DNA of 64,000 bases, from the NCBI GenBank assembly GCA_950097015.1, contig CATNEN010000025.1, positions 3,844,001 to 3,908,000 of the forward strand, read 5' to 3'. The notes beneath the pieces were generated by a model. That model saw only the letters and a list, made by a program, of their open reading frames with translations. It was not told where the DNA came from and searched no databases. The DNA is from Macrostomum hystrix. Taxonomy: Eukaryota > Animalia > Platyhelminthes. The position numbers were made by a program, and so were the translations under genes. Shown one piece after another: positions 12,567 through 42,175 of the stretch. The number at the start of each line of letters is the position of its first letter. Positions within the stretch are counted from its first letter, which is position 1.

Positions 12567-13169
12567 CTGGTCGTTTATTGCCTGTTGAATTGTATCATTC
12601 GTGGTATGATCGTGACTCGCTATCTTAAACAAATTTTCGATTTTAAAGCAAAATATTAACGCAGCTTATGGGAAACGAAGCTCGAATGCTTGTTTCATTG
12701 AAAACCACTCTCAGCGGTCATTGTACTGCTTACGTGCTGTCACTTCAATATCCGATGTCGTCGATTAGCCAGCTATACACGAGACACCCGATGAAGTGGG
12801 AGTTAGGTTCAAGAGAACAAGAGGGCGCTGGTCCCATGGTGTGCGCAGATATGAGCTGTTGCTAATATTGACGGGCGCGCTGGCAAGCCGTTTGGATTGG
12901 CTGATCAATCATGCAGCTCCACGCCCAACCAGTTGCTGAATTTGTACGCTGGTAAGTCGAATGCGTTAATGATTGCTCCCGTTCAATGCGCTCGAGTATC
13001 GTGCTCTGTTTTGTAGACCACATCGTCCTGTCTGGCTCTCCGCATGCCTAGTTCTCAAGCCAAACATCGACTCTTCGATTCATGGTCCAACACGAGGTAC
13101 TTATTGTCCCCCGGCAATGTCAGTCTGTAAACCCCAGTCTTCTAATCCCTGATCGCCTCAGAATAATGT

Positions 13170-14150
13170 TCTCGAGAGCCATTGTCCCAGATTGATAGCC
13201 CAGAATTATGTTCTCGAGAGCCATAGTCCCAGATTGATTGCCCTAGAACCATGTTCCCGAGAGCCATAGTCCCAAATTGATTACCATAGAATCATGTTCC
13301 CGAGAGCCATAGTCCCAAATTGATTACCATAGAATCATGTTCCCGAGAGCCATAGGCCCAGATTGATTGCCCTAGAATCATGTACCCGAGAGCCATAGTC
13401 TCAGATTGATAGCCCTGTAATCATGTTCCCGAGAGCCATGGTCCCAGATTGATTGCCCTAGAACCATGTTCTCGAGAGCCATAGTCCCAGATTGATTGCC
13501 CTAGAACCATGTTCCCGAGAGCCATGTTCCCAGATTGATTGCCCTAGAACCATGTTCCCGAGAGCCATAGTCCCAGATTGATTGCCCTAGAATCATGTAC
13601 CCGAGAGCCATAGTCTCAGATTGATAGCCCTGTAATCATGTTCCCGAGAGCCATAGTCCCAGATTGATTGCCCTAGAACCATGTTCTCGAGAGCCATAGT
13701 CCCAGATTGATTGCCCTAGAACCATGTTCCCGAGAGCCTGGTTCCAGATTGATTGCCCTAGAACCATGTTCCCGAGAGCCTGGTTCCAGATTGATTACCA
13801 TAGAATCATGTTCCCGAGAGCCATAGTCCCAGATTGATTGCCCCAGAATCATGTACCCGAGAGTCATAGTCCCAGATTGATTGCCCTAGAACCATGTTCT
13901 CGAGAGCCATAGTCCCAGATTGATTGCCCTAGAACCATGTTCCCGAGAGCCTGGTTCCAGATTGATTGCCCTAGAACCATGTTCCCGAGAGCCTGGTTCC
14001 AGATTGATTACCATAGAATCATGTTCCCGAGAGCCATAGTCCCAGATTGATTGCCCCAGAATCATGTACCCGAGAGTCATAGTCCCAGATTGATTGCCCA
14101 AGATTAATGTTCTCGAGAGTCATCGTCCCAGATAAATTGCCCTTGAATTA
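13170..14150. repeat. 43-bp minisatellite
   Basis: Unit CCATAGTCCCAGATTGATTGCCCTAGAACCATGTTCCCGAGAG, about 22 copies with degenerate edges; lies between the GCNT paralogues. Confidence 0.96.
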
Positions 14151-15325
14151 TGTTCCCTAGAAAAACGTTCCATGTTGATAGTCCTACAACAATTTCCTCT
14201 TTTCATGCATTTGAATGTAAAAAACCCACAGCGTTCTTAGTTGTAGAAGCATTCAGAACTTTAAAGGACAAAGGCAACAAGGAAAAGGCTTAGGATTTTC
14301 TCTTTAAGCTTTAATTAATTCTCTAGTGGAGAAGGAAGTGAGTCTCTTGAGTCTGTTGCTCTCGATAATCATTCGGATTAAAGTATTTGGCTTTACTTTA
14401 AGCTGAAGAAGCGCTTTCATTCTTCTTAAATTTTCTAAAGCTCTCTTCTGCTAACTTAATTCAATCTTTTTGCTGGCTGTAGACAATGCAAAAGAGCGTC
14501 AGATGTTTTTTACCTTTGGCAACTCTCGATACTTACAGATCATACTGGTCTTATTCAGCGTGAGAATGCTGTTAGCTGGGATTTATTTTACACAGGAGGC
14601 GTCCTTTTTCGGACCCAGTCACGCAAATCGTGCGTGCTCTCTGACCCAGTCACGCATATCGTGCGTGCTCTCTGACCCAGTCACGCATACCATATCTTAG
14701 TACTCTTTCTATGTACTCGCATTATTACGGACACTTGCAGTCGTACTTTTTCCTAGTTTTAATTAACTTTTAATGTATCTAGAGTGTTTGAAGAAAACTG
14801 CTACTGACTAATTAAGTAGTGCATTGTGTTTAGAACTGGGTTATTTAGGGCAGAATTGAATAGTAAGGGATAGAATTGGATGGTGGGGTGAATTAAACTG
14901 TGGGGGGAAATCTCACCTCAGCTTTATCATCACGGAGCGATTCGGTCGATCCATGATTATCGATTCCTTGAGAGGTGAAGCTGGCGAAGCAGAGGTCAAA
15001 AGCCGCCTAGCTGTCTACAAAAACAGCCAATAATTGTTTCTAAAATTGTATCTTGTGATGGATGGCACGTGTGGGTTTAATTCAAAATAATTTTCCATGT
15101 TTCTGATCAGAATCATTCTGGATCCGAAATAGCTCGGCAGTCATTGTCGCAATCGGATTTTGATACTATAATTTACTATACTATAAGTATAGTAAATACT
15201 AATAAAATATATATACTATACTATGAAGTATTACTCAAGCGAGCAGGCACGTTAGCCGATAAGTGGACATGTTGATTAACCCAAGAATCACATTTAGGTC
15301 TAAATATGAAACTCTACAGAAGGTG

Positions 15326-15357
15326 ATAGATAGATAGATAGATAGATAGATAGTTAG

Positions 15358-15450
<93 letters not shown>

Positions 15451-15481
15451 GATAGATAGATAGATAGATAGATAGAGATAA

Positions 15482-15526
<45 letters not shown>

Positions 15527-15551
15527 GATAGATAGATAGATAGATAGTTAG

Positions 15552-15624
<73 letters not shown>

Positions 15625-15651
15625 GATAGATAGATAGATAGATAGATAGAT

Positions 15652-15691
<40 letters not shown>

Positions 15692-15705
15692 GTAGAGATA
15701 GATAG

Positions 15706-15793
<88 letters not shown>

Positions 15794-15880
15794 CGGCAGT
15801 GTCAACATAGGCAGAGTCTAATGACGCTGGTAAATTTCTAAGGAAAGAATTCCAAAACCATAAAAGCAAGGAGCCATGCG
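15326..15880. repeat. (GATA)n microsatellite (~470 bp, interrupted) plus conserved right flank
   Basis: GATA run 15326-15793 followed by GGCAGAGTCTAATGACGCT...AAGGAAAGA...CCATAAAAG.AAGGAGCC, which is shared with the flank at 25965-26035. Confidence 0.93.
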
Positions 15881-16389
15881 TCAGTTCAGTGAGTATTCGG
15901 GTGTGTAGCATTGCTGCGTGCACAGTGCTTAGTACTGGGCCATGCATTCAAAGTGAAACAGCGGGTGCTGGGGTGTACGGTAGCCTCCCCTTGTGGCAGC
16001 CGTTGTTCGGGTGGGGGTTGGTCTTATCAGAATTTGTAGCCAGTTTCAAAAACCTCTGCCCCTCTGGTCGGCTGGCTATTCGCTAAATATGTTTCATTTT
16101 GCTTCCAATGATTTGAAAGCAGAGGTACTGAGCAGTACATTTCCATCGTCCAAAATTGTGTTGAGCTATTCAGCAAAAAAACCTTTTAGAAGCTCTTAAT
16201 CTCTTATTGATGTGTGACAACTGGCACAACTTGAGAGGCACTACATGCGTGCATCGTATACTTCCTGACGAAAATTACCTACGACTGAAGAAGAGGTGAG
16301 ATTCTGTGCTAGCACTGTTTTGCTAGCTTTAGGAGTAGTGAATCACTGCTGTAGATTTAATGTTGAAGGCTTTGCATTTTATATGTTGC

Positions 16390-16995
16390 GAATTGTAGAT
16401 TTTTGTTGCAGGATGTAGATTTGTGTTGTAGGTTGTAGATTTGTGTCGAGGTTGTAGATTTGTGTTACAGACTGTAGATTCGTTTGTTCCAGGTTGTAGA
16501 TTCGTGTGTTACAGGTTGTAGATTCGTGTTCCAGGCTGTAGATTCGTGTGTTACAGGTTGTAGATTTGTGTTGCAGGTTGTAGATTCGTGTGTTACAGGT
16601 TGTAGATTTGTGTTGCAGGTTGTAGATTCGTGTGTTACAGGTTGTAGATTTGTGTTACAGGTTGTAGATTTGTGTGTTGCAGGTTGTAGATTTGTGTGTT
16701 GCAGGTTGTAGATTTGTGTGTTGCAGGTTGTAGATTCGTGTGTTGCAGGCTGTAGATTCGTGTTACAGGTTGTAGATTTGTGTGTTGCAGGTTGTAGATT
16801 TGTTTTACAGGTTGTAGATTTGTGTGCTGCAGGTTGTAGATTTGTGTGTTGCAGGTTGTAGATTTGTTTTACAGGTTGTAGATTTGTGTGCTGCAGGTTG
16901 TAGATTTGTGTGTTGCAGGTTGTAGATTTGTGTGTTGCAGGTTGTAGATTCGTGTGTTGCAGGCTGTAGATTCGTGTTGTAGGCTGTAGATTTTT
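16390..16995. repeat. 20-22-bp minisatellite
   Basis: Unit GCAGGTTGTAGATTTGTGTGTT and length variants. Confidence 0.95.
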
Positions 16996-17720
16996 TTACT
17001 ACAGGACACACTGCGAACCACAGAATATTACATAAAGTGCGTGTACTCTGTGTTGTGAGCTTTTTTCTAAAATCAATTACACGTATACGGCCAAATGCTA
17101 TCTAACCAATCATATGTTGCTATACTTCGAAGTATTAGCCCGAATTCGGGACATTTTTTCACAGCCTAAAAATTCACACAAAGACGTCTCGGCTTCGCCT
17201 CGGTCAATAAATTTGCGCCTCGAGCCTTCCACCCTAGGGAGCCGAAATACGACGTAAATGGGAAATATTATACATTTAGCTCTGACTATGAGAAAAATAA
17301 ATTAACTTGATAGGCAGAATACAGATTTTCTCCAATTTCAAAAGCTCCCGATGAGTGAATACCGTTCTCAACAGACAGACAGGCAGACAGACTGACAGAC
17401 AGACAAACAGACTGCAAATCTTACAGAAAAACAGTAACTAAGGGAGGACTCTTCCTCCTTAAGACGACTTAATCGGTTCTTAAGGGCGACTATTTGATTA
17501 GTATCAAAACGACCTGCGTACAGGTCGCACGGGTCCACTAGTCCAAGCTAATACGCTCCTGATAGTCAGGTTTCAACCATTTTATGTTCTTCTTGGAAAT
17601 AATGAAGCTATAGCAGACAAAGGCTTGATTTTCTCACCGTCTTTTTTCATGCAAAGAAAAACTACTGAACTCACCGATATTCCAGGCAAGAAGGTAAACA
17701 GGGCAACCATCAGAGGGAAG

Positions 17721-19139
17721 ATGCTTGGATCTGTGACGCCTAAGTCTGTGCTCATCGGACTGCTACTCTTCAATGCGGGCATACTGCTCGGCTCGCTGTT
17801 AACCACATCTATGCGGAAAGCGACAAACATAATACCACCAATAGCCCGACTGGTCGGCCTGGCAGATAGCGGCATCGCTGACAAGAACTCAAGCGACCAC
17901 CACATTTGGATTGGCGTCGGCGATGGCAAGCGAATCTCGGAGGAACAGTCTGCCGGACGAGCTCAGCGACTTCAGGCGAAACTCGGTCGCATTCATCGAG
18001 TAACTGAAGTGTCCTGCGACCGTCTGCTGGCGGGTGACCCAGCTGAGCAGAAGCGAGCCCAGCAGCTGATGGATCACTGCGACGTGCCCAGTGACTATCA
18101 AATAGATGAGCGCTTTGCAGCGAGCAACTGCAAGGACATTCGTCGAACCTACGTCACTGAGACGTTGAGTCAAGAGGAGGCCGACTTTCCGATCGCCTTC
18201 TCACTCGTCGTGTTCAAAGACTTCTACCAAGTCGAGAAGCTGTTCAGAGCAGTCTACAGACCAGAGCATTTTTACTGCTTCCATGTGGACAATAAATCGA
18301 GTGACGCGTTCTTCCAGGCTGTGCAAACTTACGCGAGCTGCTTCCCGAACGTGATTGTGTCTGAGAACCGCAGCAACGTCGTGTGGGGCACCTTCACTGT
18401 GTTGGAGGCCGACCTACACTGCATGGAGCGTCTGCTCGCAATGAGCAGCAAGTGGCGCTACTTCATCAACCTGGTCGGCCAGGAGTATCCGCTGCGCACC
18501 ATGCGGGAACTTGTGCGCATTCTGAAATCTCTGAACGGCGCGAACAACATCGAGAACGCTGGCATTCACAGAGGTACACCACAGCTCTCAGTGAAGTTGC
18601 CTGATGGGACTAAGAAGGAGATCAACTGGTACAAAGGCTCTGTTCACGCTACTCTCTCTCGCGGATTCGTCGAGTACGTGTTCTCGAGTGTTGGCCGTCA
18701 GATCGTTGAACATCTGCGAAAGTACGGTGGCTGGCCGTGTCCGGATGAGACGTTTTTCACCTCATTAAACCATAATCCTGACGTTTTGAAGGTGCCTGGA
18801 GCCGACTTGACAGGAATAATGACCGACAACGTTAAGCAGCCGTTTCTGAATCGCTACAAGAACTGGTTCATTGGCGTTATGGCTTACCCCTGTCGGTCTG
18901 GCAAGGCAGTGCGCCAGATTTGCATCTGGGGCGTAGAAGACCTTCCAGTCCTAAATAAGCGCTTTGAATTCTTTGTGAACAAGTTCCACTACAACTTCCA
19001 GCATTTCACTCTCCAGTGCATGGGTGAGCGCTTTTGGAACAACACATTGGCGGACTACGGTGTGCACGGAGCAGTAAAAACGCACGAAATTCCCCTGAAC
19101 TTCTACACAAAGTTTGACTTTGTGCACAAGCACTTATGA
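17721..19139 (+). CDS. GCNT: Core-2/I-branching beta-1,6-N-acetylglucosaminyltransferase (GT14), copy B, 472 aa, intronless
   Basis: Same motifs as copy A; TM anchor VLIGLLLFNAGILLGSLL; protein identical to copy A from NCKDIRRTY to the end except the GSVH(ATLS/ITVT)RGFVEY(V/A) segment. Confidence 0.95.
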   Translation: MLGSVTPKSVLIGLLLFNAGILLGSLLTTSMRKATNIIPPIARLVGLADSGIADKNSSDHHIWIGVGDGKRISEEQSAGRAQRLQAKLGRIHRVTEVSCDRLLAGDPAEQKRAQQLMDHCDVPSDYQIDERFAASNCKDIRRTYVTETLSQEEADFPIAFSLVVFKDFYQVEKLFRAVYRPEHFYCFHVDNKSSDAFFQAVQTYASCFPNVIVSENRSNVVWGTFTVLEADLHCMERLLAMSSKWRYFINLVGQEYPLRTMRELVRILKSLNGANNIENAGIHRGTPQLSVKLPDGTKKEINWYKGSVHATLSRGFVEYVFSSVGRQIVEHLRKYGGWPCPDETFFTSLNHNPDVLKVPGADLTGIMTDNVKQPFLNRYKNWFIGVMAYPCRSGKAVRQICIWGVEDLPVLNKRFEFFVNKFHYNFQHFTLQCMGERFWNNTLADYGVHGAVKTHEIPLNFYTKFDFVHKHL

Positions 19140-22100
19140 ATGGGCGTAATTTGAACAGCTTGTAAATTCTCAAGGAGTGATTTTTTGAACGCAATGCTTC
19201 ATAGTCGCAACAAATTAGCAAAATGTCCGCTAATAAAAATGCGGTCACTTTTTCTGCCACTGACTAATCAACGCGAGCATCCCGCCACTTGCCTGGTACC
19301 TCAGACACCGGATGAAACTGTTTCCTTCCCCTCAGCTGTTGCGGAGGGGCACTCTGCAGGAGAGACTGTTGATGGGTCCCACTGAGCAATGTCCCTTCAC
19401 CTGTGAAAACGCATTGTGTTCTTAATGCAATTTCCATCGGTCATAGACCATGTTAGATGCCAACGTCGGTTAAAATAAATGTACTTTATTATTCTTCTTC
19501 ACCATGCATTCCAGTCAGTGTCCAGGAAGTCCATTAGTTCATGTCATCTATTAAAGAGTGTTTTCGTTCCAACATTCGTTCGTCCCTGATAGCTGATTGC
19601 ATGATAGAGCAAAATACTGCATGTCATCGCTCGCCACCCACTTTACTTTTATCTTAACTTTTCAAATACACAATGACTCACAAAGCTTTTCTGTCAGTGA
19701 TTGAAACATTATATTCCTGTACTAGAGCATGAGAATTTAATTAGCTATCTTTGCTACTTTTGAATAGTAGTAATTCAGGTTGAACACCTTAATGTACTTT
19801 ATAATGAAACCAGCGGATGTAAGCGGAATGTTTGTCAGTCCTGCAAATCTGCCTCACTAAGTCATCAAACATCCTAAAATATTGGTTGAGTTTAAAAAAA
19901 TTGATGGCACACGCTTTCAAGAGCTAACAACCGAAACAGCTCGCTGTAGTCTCCTTAACAGTCCCAAAATTCATTGCTGAGAAGTCGAAACACTCGTAAA
20001 AAAGCAACAAGCAATAAATGTAAGCATTACGCACTTCTCACTGTCAGTCTTCCAAACGCTGATTCTGTTGACAGGCGTCCAACCGTTTAGTTGGCTTTGA
20101 TTTTAGTCTAGCCAACACTGCATGGAGACCATAGTTACTAAATTTTTTCAATATGACATACCCCCTCTGAGCAGCTAGGCCACTCGGATTTTCGGCAAAT
20201 AGGCTGCACAGGAGAAATTCTGACGATGAATTTAGCTGAGCAGTCAAATAAGAGCTTGCCCGGCACAGCAGTTAGATATTCGAGTACTAAAGCCCGCAGA
20301 CTCTGAAGTCCGACATGAAGAGAGCTGGGCCTGAGCAGGGGACAGAAATGTCCTCGCTTCAAGATCATGTTGGATCGGTGCATCCGGTTAAGAAAGCACT
20401 GAACTAGCCCACTCTGCCTGTCTCTCCAGATAATTCCCAGTGGACACTGCCGAACGGTCTTAATGGTACTCCAAGTTGAATCTGGACTACTGAATCAGCT
20501 TTCTATTAGTTCACTTCTCTACATCCATCACAGTCCGAGTCGAAAGTAGCAGCTCTCTCTCCTAGGCATGGCCAAGTCACAGCGAAGCCCTGCTGCTGAG
20601 TTCAGCCGCACGTTTGACGAAAAAAATTTAGTGCAAGAAATCGTCTGCCGTTCCACATCAGGTCAAGATTTCATTATGGAAGGCAGGTAAAAGAAGCCAT
20701 TTGAAAAGGAATCTGACGCTATTGGTAAGTAAAAATAGGAAACGACTATAGTCAAAAAGCTATATTTCAGATGGATTTGTTGATTTGATGCATAGGAAAA
20801 TCTTTTTTTCTAAACGCTTTGCTGCCTGCATCCTCTCTCTTGCTCTCCGCTCGGCAGTTGAACAGAACTAAACAGGTCAGGGCAGTCAGGTGAGACACCA
20901 TTCAGCAAGTGGCGGCTTCATTTTCTCTTCTTGTGTTTCTTAGAAGCTTCATTTTTTGTTTCAAGTTTCCTTTTATCCTCGACTTAGAGAGCGAAGGGGA
21001 GAGGCTGAAGGAAGGAGCGGCATCAGCACCTGCCGCGGCATGGAAGCCTGTGTCGAAGCTTCAAGGGGGTACAAGGGGAGGGGAGGGGAGGGAGCTGCAA
21101 AGGGATCCGGGAGTGAAAACGAAGGGAAAGGGGAACATTTTATTTGAGAATTCTTTTTTTCTTCTGCCGCAGTCTTTCAGCCCCTCCATCCCCATGCCCG
21201 CCAGACCCCGACACCCTCGTGTAGCGGCTTCCCTTATCCCTTATCCTCCCAGGCCTGCCGCTCCAGTTTCCAGCCCCTCTGATGCGACGGCACAAAATGC
21301 GGCGGGACTCCGGACGGTCGAGCTAAGACAGGCGCTTGTACTTTTGCGCTCAGCCCATCGGCCAATCTGCGGCCACAATCCTCAAAGTCCACAAAGGCAG
21401 CCGACAGCAATGAGTCCATTCTGGCTCGCTTTGGGGATGTGCTGGGCTGGGGCTCCAGGCGGGTTGGCTATTTTCTACCGAAGCGCACCTGCTGCGACTG
21501 CGCGGGGAGCCTCAGGGGGCAGTGGGGTAGTCTGGGACAGCTCAGGGCGCGCGACAGTGACAGCTGAGGCGTTAATCCTGCGGAATTAAGCGCCCTGGTC
21601 GTCCTTGTTCCGCGCGACTGACTCCGCCTAGTCCGACACAGCCTTCGCTACTATATATCAGTGCTCTGGGAACACTGCTCACACTCTCCCTTTCTGTCGT
21701 GCAGTCAGATTCGCTAGTCTCCAACTGAGATCCTAGCAGCTGGCTTATGCATTTGTTTAGCCAACAAACTCAGCCTTGTCAATCAATGTGTATCATCTCA
21801 GCAGTTTGCCTAGCATCAAGTCCATCCGCATTGTCACTGGGGTGGAGGTGGGGAGGGAAGTCGCTGAAGTACCTCAGAGGGTGACTGAACTATGGCCTCT
21901 CAGCTGACTCCACAGCACGCAATGATCAGTCATACTACTGGCACAGTTCTCTCACAATTTGGGGAAAAATAATTGGGAACCGGCTAAGCTCAGGTTTTGA
22001 CCTGTCCGCGGCCACTGGCAAAAATGGAGTAGGGATTATTTTTTATCTCTCTCTACAACTTCCTCTCCTCTCAACCGCTCCGTCATCTCTCGCTAAAAAC

Positions 22101-22276
22101 GCTGGGCCAATAGTTCGTAGGTGATAAATTTTTCATCTTAATCTAGTCCGACTCGCTGTCTAGCGCAGGTTAGAAAGAATTGTGCGTTTATTGGCCTTTT
22201 TAATTTTTCTTACCTAACTGGGTTCACTATTATTATCGTTATGGTTACATGAATTGGCTACGTGGAGGTTGTACGA

Positions 22277-22562
22277 GCGTAGCCTTTGGTTAGGGCGTCG
22301 AACTAACGACATGAAGGTCGGGGGTTCGATTCCCGACTCAATTGGAACAATTTGTGTCCTTTAGCAAGACACTTGACTCTGCATTGCTTCAGTTCACCCA
22401 GCTGTTGAATGAGTGCCAGCATTAGCTGGGGTAATTGAGGGTGGGTGTGGCGTCCCCCAGTCCATGGACTGAACAGCCGTACGCTCAGCCTTCAGATGCG
22501 CCGCGCAATAGCTGCACATCTGGCCCAGTTGGGTCAGGTGTAATAAATTACTATTAATTATT
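22277..22562 (+). mobile_element. tRNA-derived SINE, copy 2
   Basis: GCGTAGCCTTTGGTTAGGGCG...GGTCGGGGGTTCGATTCCCGACTC head, TTTGTGTCCTTTAGCAAGACACTTGAC centre, CAGTCCATGGACTG palindrome, TAAT-rich tail. Confidence 0.92.
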
Positions 22563-23205
22563 ATGAATTGGCACTAAAGATACAAATACTCATAACGAAT
22601 TACCATCAAGCCATCCAACAATTAGCTGCCTTTGGTATTTATTTGACTAAATAACACTTTATTTTGCATTAAAAACAGCAAAGCTGAATAACGGGACTGA
22701 GTTAAGATAACAGACAGAGCCTTGAAGTCAGTCGCTTCTGAAAACCCGATTGGCTGGGCTGAACGCCTCGCCCAATACCAGATCCATCCATCAGCAGGCA
22801 GAGCGTAGCAAATCCTGACTGGCCTCCAGCCAATCCCACCCTCCGTCCAGTCATTGCGAATATTCAGGGCTGCTGGTAGCCTAAACCCTTGGCCTCAATT
22901 TGCTCCGACCCACCCCCAGCATCGGGTTGCTCTCATGCGCTAGAGACTAGCGATACTATTGTCATAGTTACTAATAATTATAAGCGGGCGCCTCGCATCT
23001 CTCTCTGTCCTATCGTCGCGATGTCAAACAACTGCATGCTCTAATGCAGTAGGCCGATCACTTACTAGCTGTATAATACAGAAAAGGAGAGTGCCGAATT
23101 ACTTGACTAAATGGGCCCTGACATCTTAGACTAGGCTCTGCAACAGTTCATTTGAGTCAGCTCGACATTACCCTGACCCAGTTTGATTAATCCTTCAAAG
23201 TCGAC

Positions 23206-40801
<17,596 letters not shown>

Positions 40802-42175
40802 TTCGCCCAGTAGGTGTGTGTGAGCACCTGTGAGCAACTTTTAGAGGCCGTGTTCTCGATTTTTTTAATTTTTGCATGTTGACTAATCAGGCACTCAATA
40901 GGACTAAGAGTATTCAACCTTACTGTAAGTTGCTTTTGAAAATTGTTTTAATTTGACAAATTTTCAATTTTTTTGTTAACAATGTTTCGTCTGGTTTAAG
41001 TCTTGGTGAAAATGAATCTTAAACTGGTTTCCATTTTTGTGCAATAAAATTTAAACCCAGCATTTTCCTGTGGTTAGTTTCATCGCTACACGTCAAAAAC
41101 GCACCCAATGGAGACTGTTGATTTCTTAAAACTCGTCAAAATTAGCCTATCCTTGTGTCTGCGTTTGCTTGGTCTCCTTGACAAGATAAATTTTGATAGT
41201 AGCTGTTCTTGCATATCCCAGTGTGAATGTGAGCTTATCGATAGTTGATAGGTAAAAATATTATTGTGGAATTATGAGCGTATTTTAGCAAATCCGTTTT
41301 TAATTCAATGCGTTAGTTGTGCACAATGTCCAGTAGCCAACGCATTTACAGCATGCCAAGTGTTTGCACCTATAACTGATTGCTGTCAAATCCGCATCCT
41401 CGTCATTGCGTCCAGTCCTGTTCTTATACCTGGTCCTGCTCTATTTGAATTGTTAAATGCAAAACTCTATTTAATATAATAATAAATGCTAATAAATGGA
41501 CTACGAGAATCGCGCGTCTTATGAAGAACATTAAAACTAAGTACAATCTCACTCCATCTCTATGGGGTGCTCACAATCTCACTCTGTCTCACTATAGTGC
41601 TCAAAATCTCTAGCAAAAGCTGGTCCTCCTAAACTTTCATTTTGCTGGGAGTGCTCAATACAAGTTCAGTACAAGTATTTTCCGGCCAATAAGACACTCT
41701 CCCTAGGCGACCGAGATTCGAGCTCATGACCATCTCTACTAGCAGACTTCATTGTAAGGCTATTCTAACTAACTGCAGTGCTTGCAGCACAATATTTTAG
41801 AAACGAGGCGAGGTTGCCCTCGCGAATGGACTCTGCCGCAGGAGGCACCGGTTGAACCGGTATGGGCTCAAAGGGCAAGGCAGGACTGGAACAAGCAGGT
41901 GCAGTTGAATTCTATTGCTGCGAAAATTAAAAAACAGAACAGGAGATTTACTTCATCACTTTTTTCCAGACTAAAGTTGACGGCGTAAATGGGTGAAGCT
42001 TCACAGTCGAAACTGGAACAATGCGCCATCCTTAAAACCTTTTCTCAGCTTTATTTTATCCACTCCCATTAAGAATGGGATAAAGACTCAATTCGGGCAT
42101 CGCGATGCGATTTCAAATTCAATTGTCTAGTCAGTCTGTCCAGCTCTGGTAGGGTGGAAACCGCTGCCACAGCGC

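Noticed and set aside
15354-15947. IYLS-repeat ORFs
   Set aside because: Translation of (TATC)n.
20044-20700. Decayed LINE C-terminus on the minus strand (LPAFHNEIL...)
   Set aside because: A single short motif among many stops, and motifs are not in the expected order.
20909-21589. 226-aa ORF in a GC-rich purine/pyrimidine-skewed patch
   Set aside because: No ATG start, low-complexity composition, no domain or splice support; the patch may be a repeat fragment but that could not be shown.
41700-41745. tRNA gene (B-box-like GGTCATGAGCTCGAATCTCGG on minus strand)
   Set aside because: Only a T-arm-like fragment; no cloverleaf. The SINE heads are likewise not functional tRNAs.
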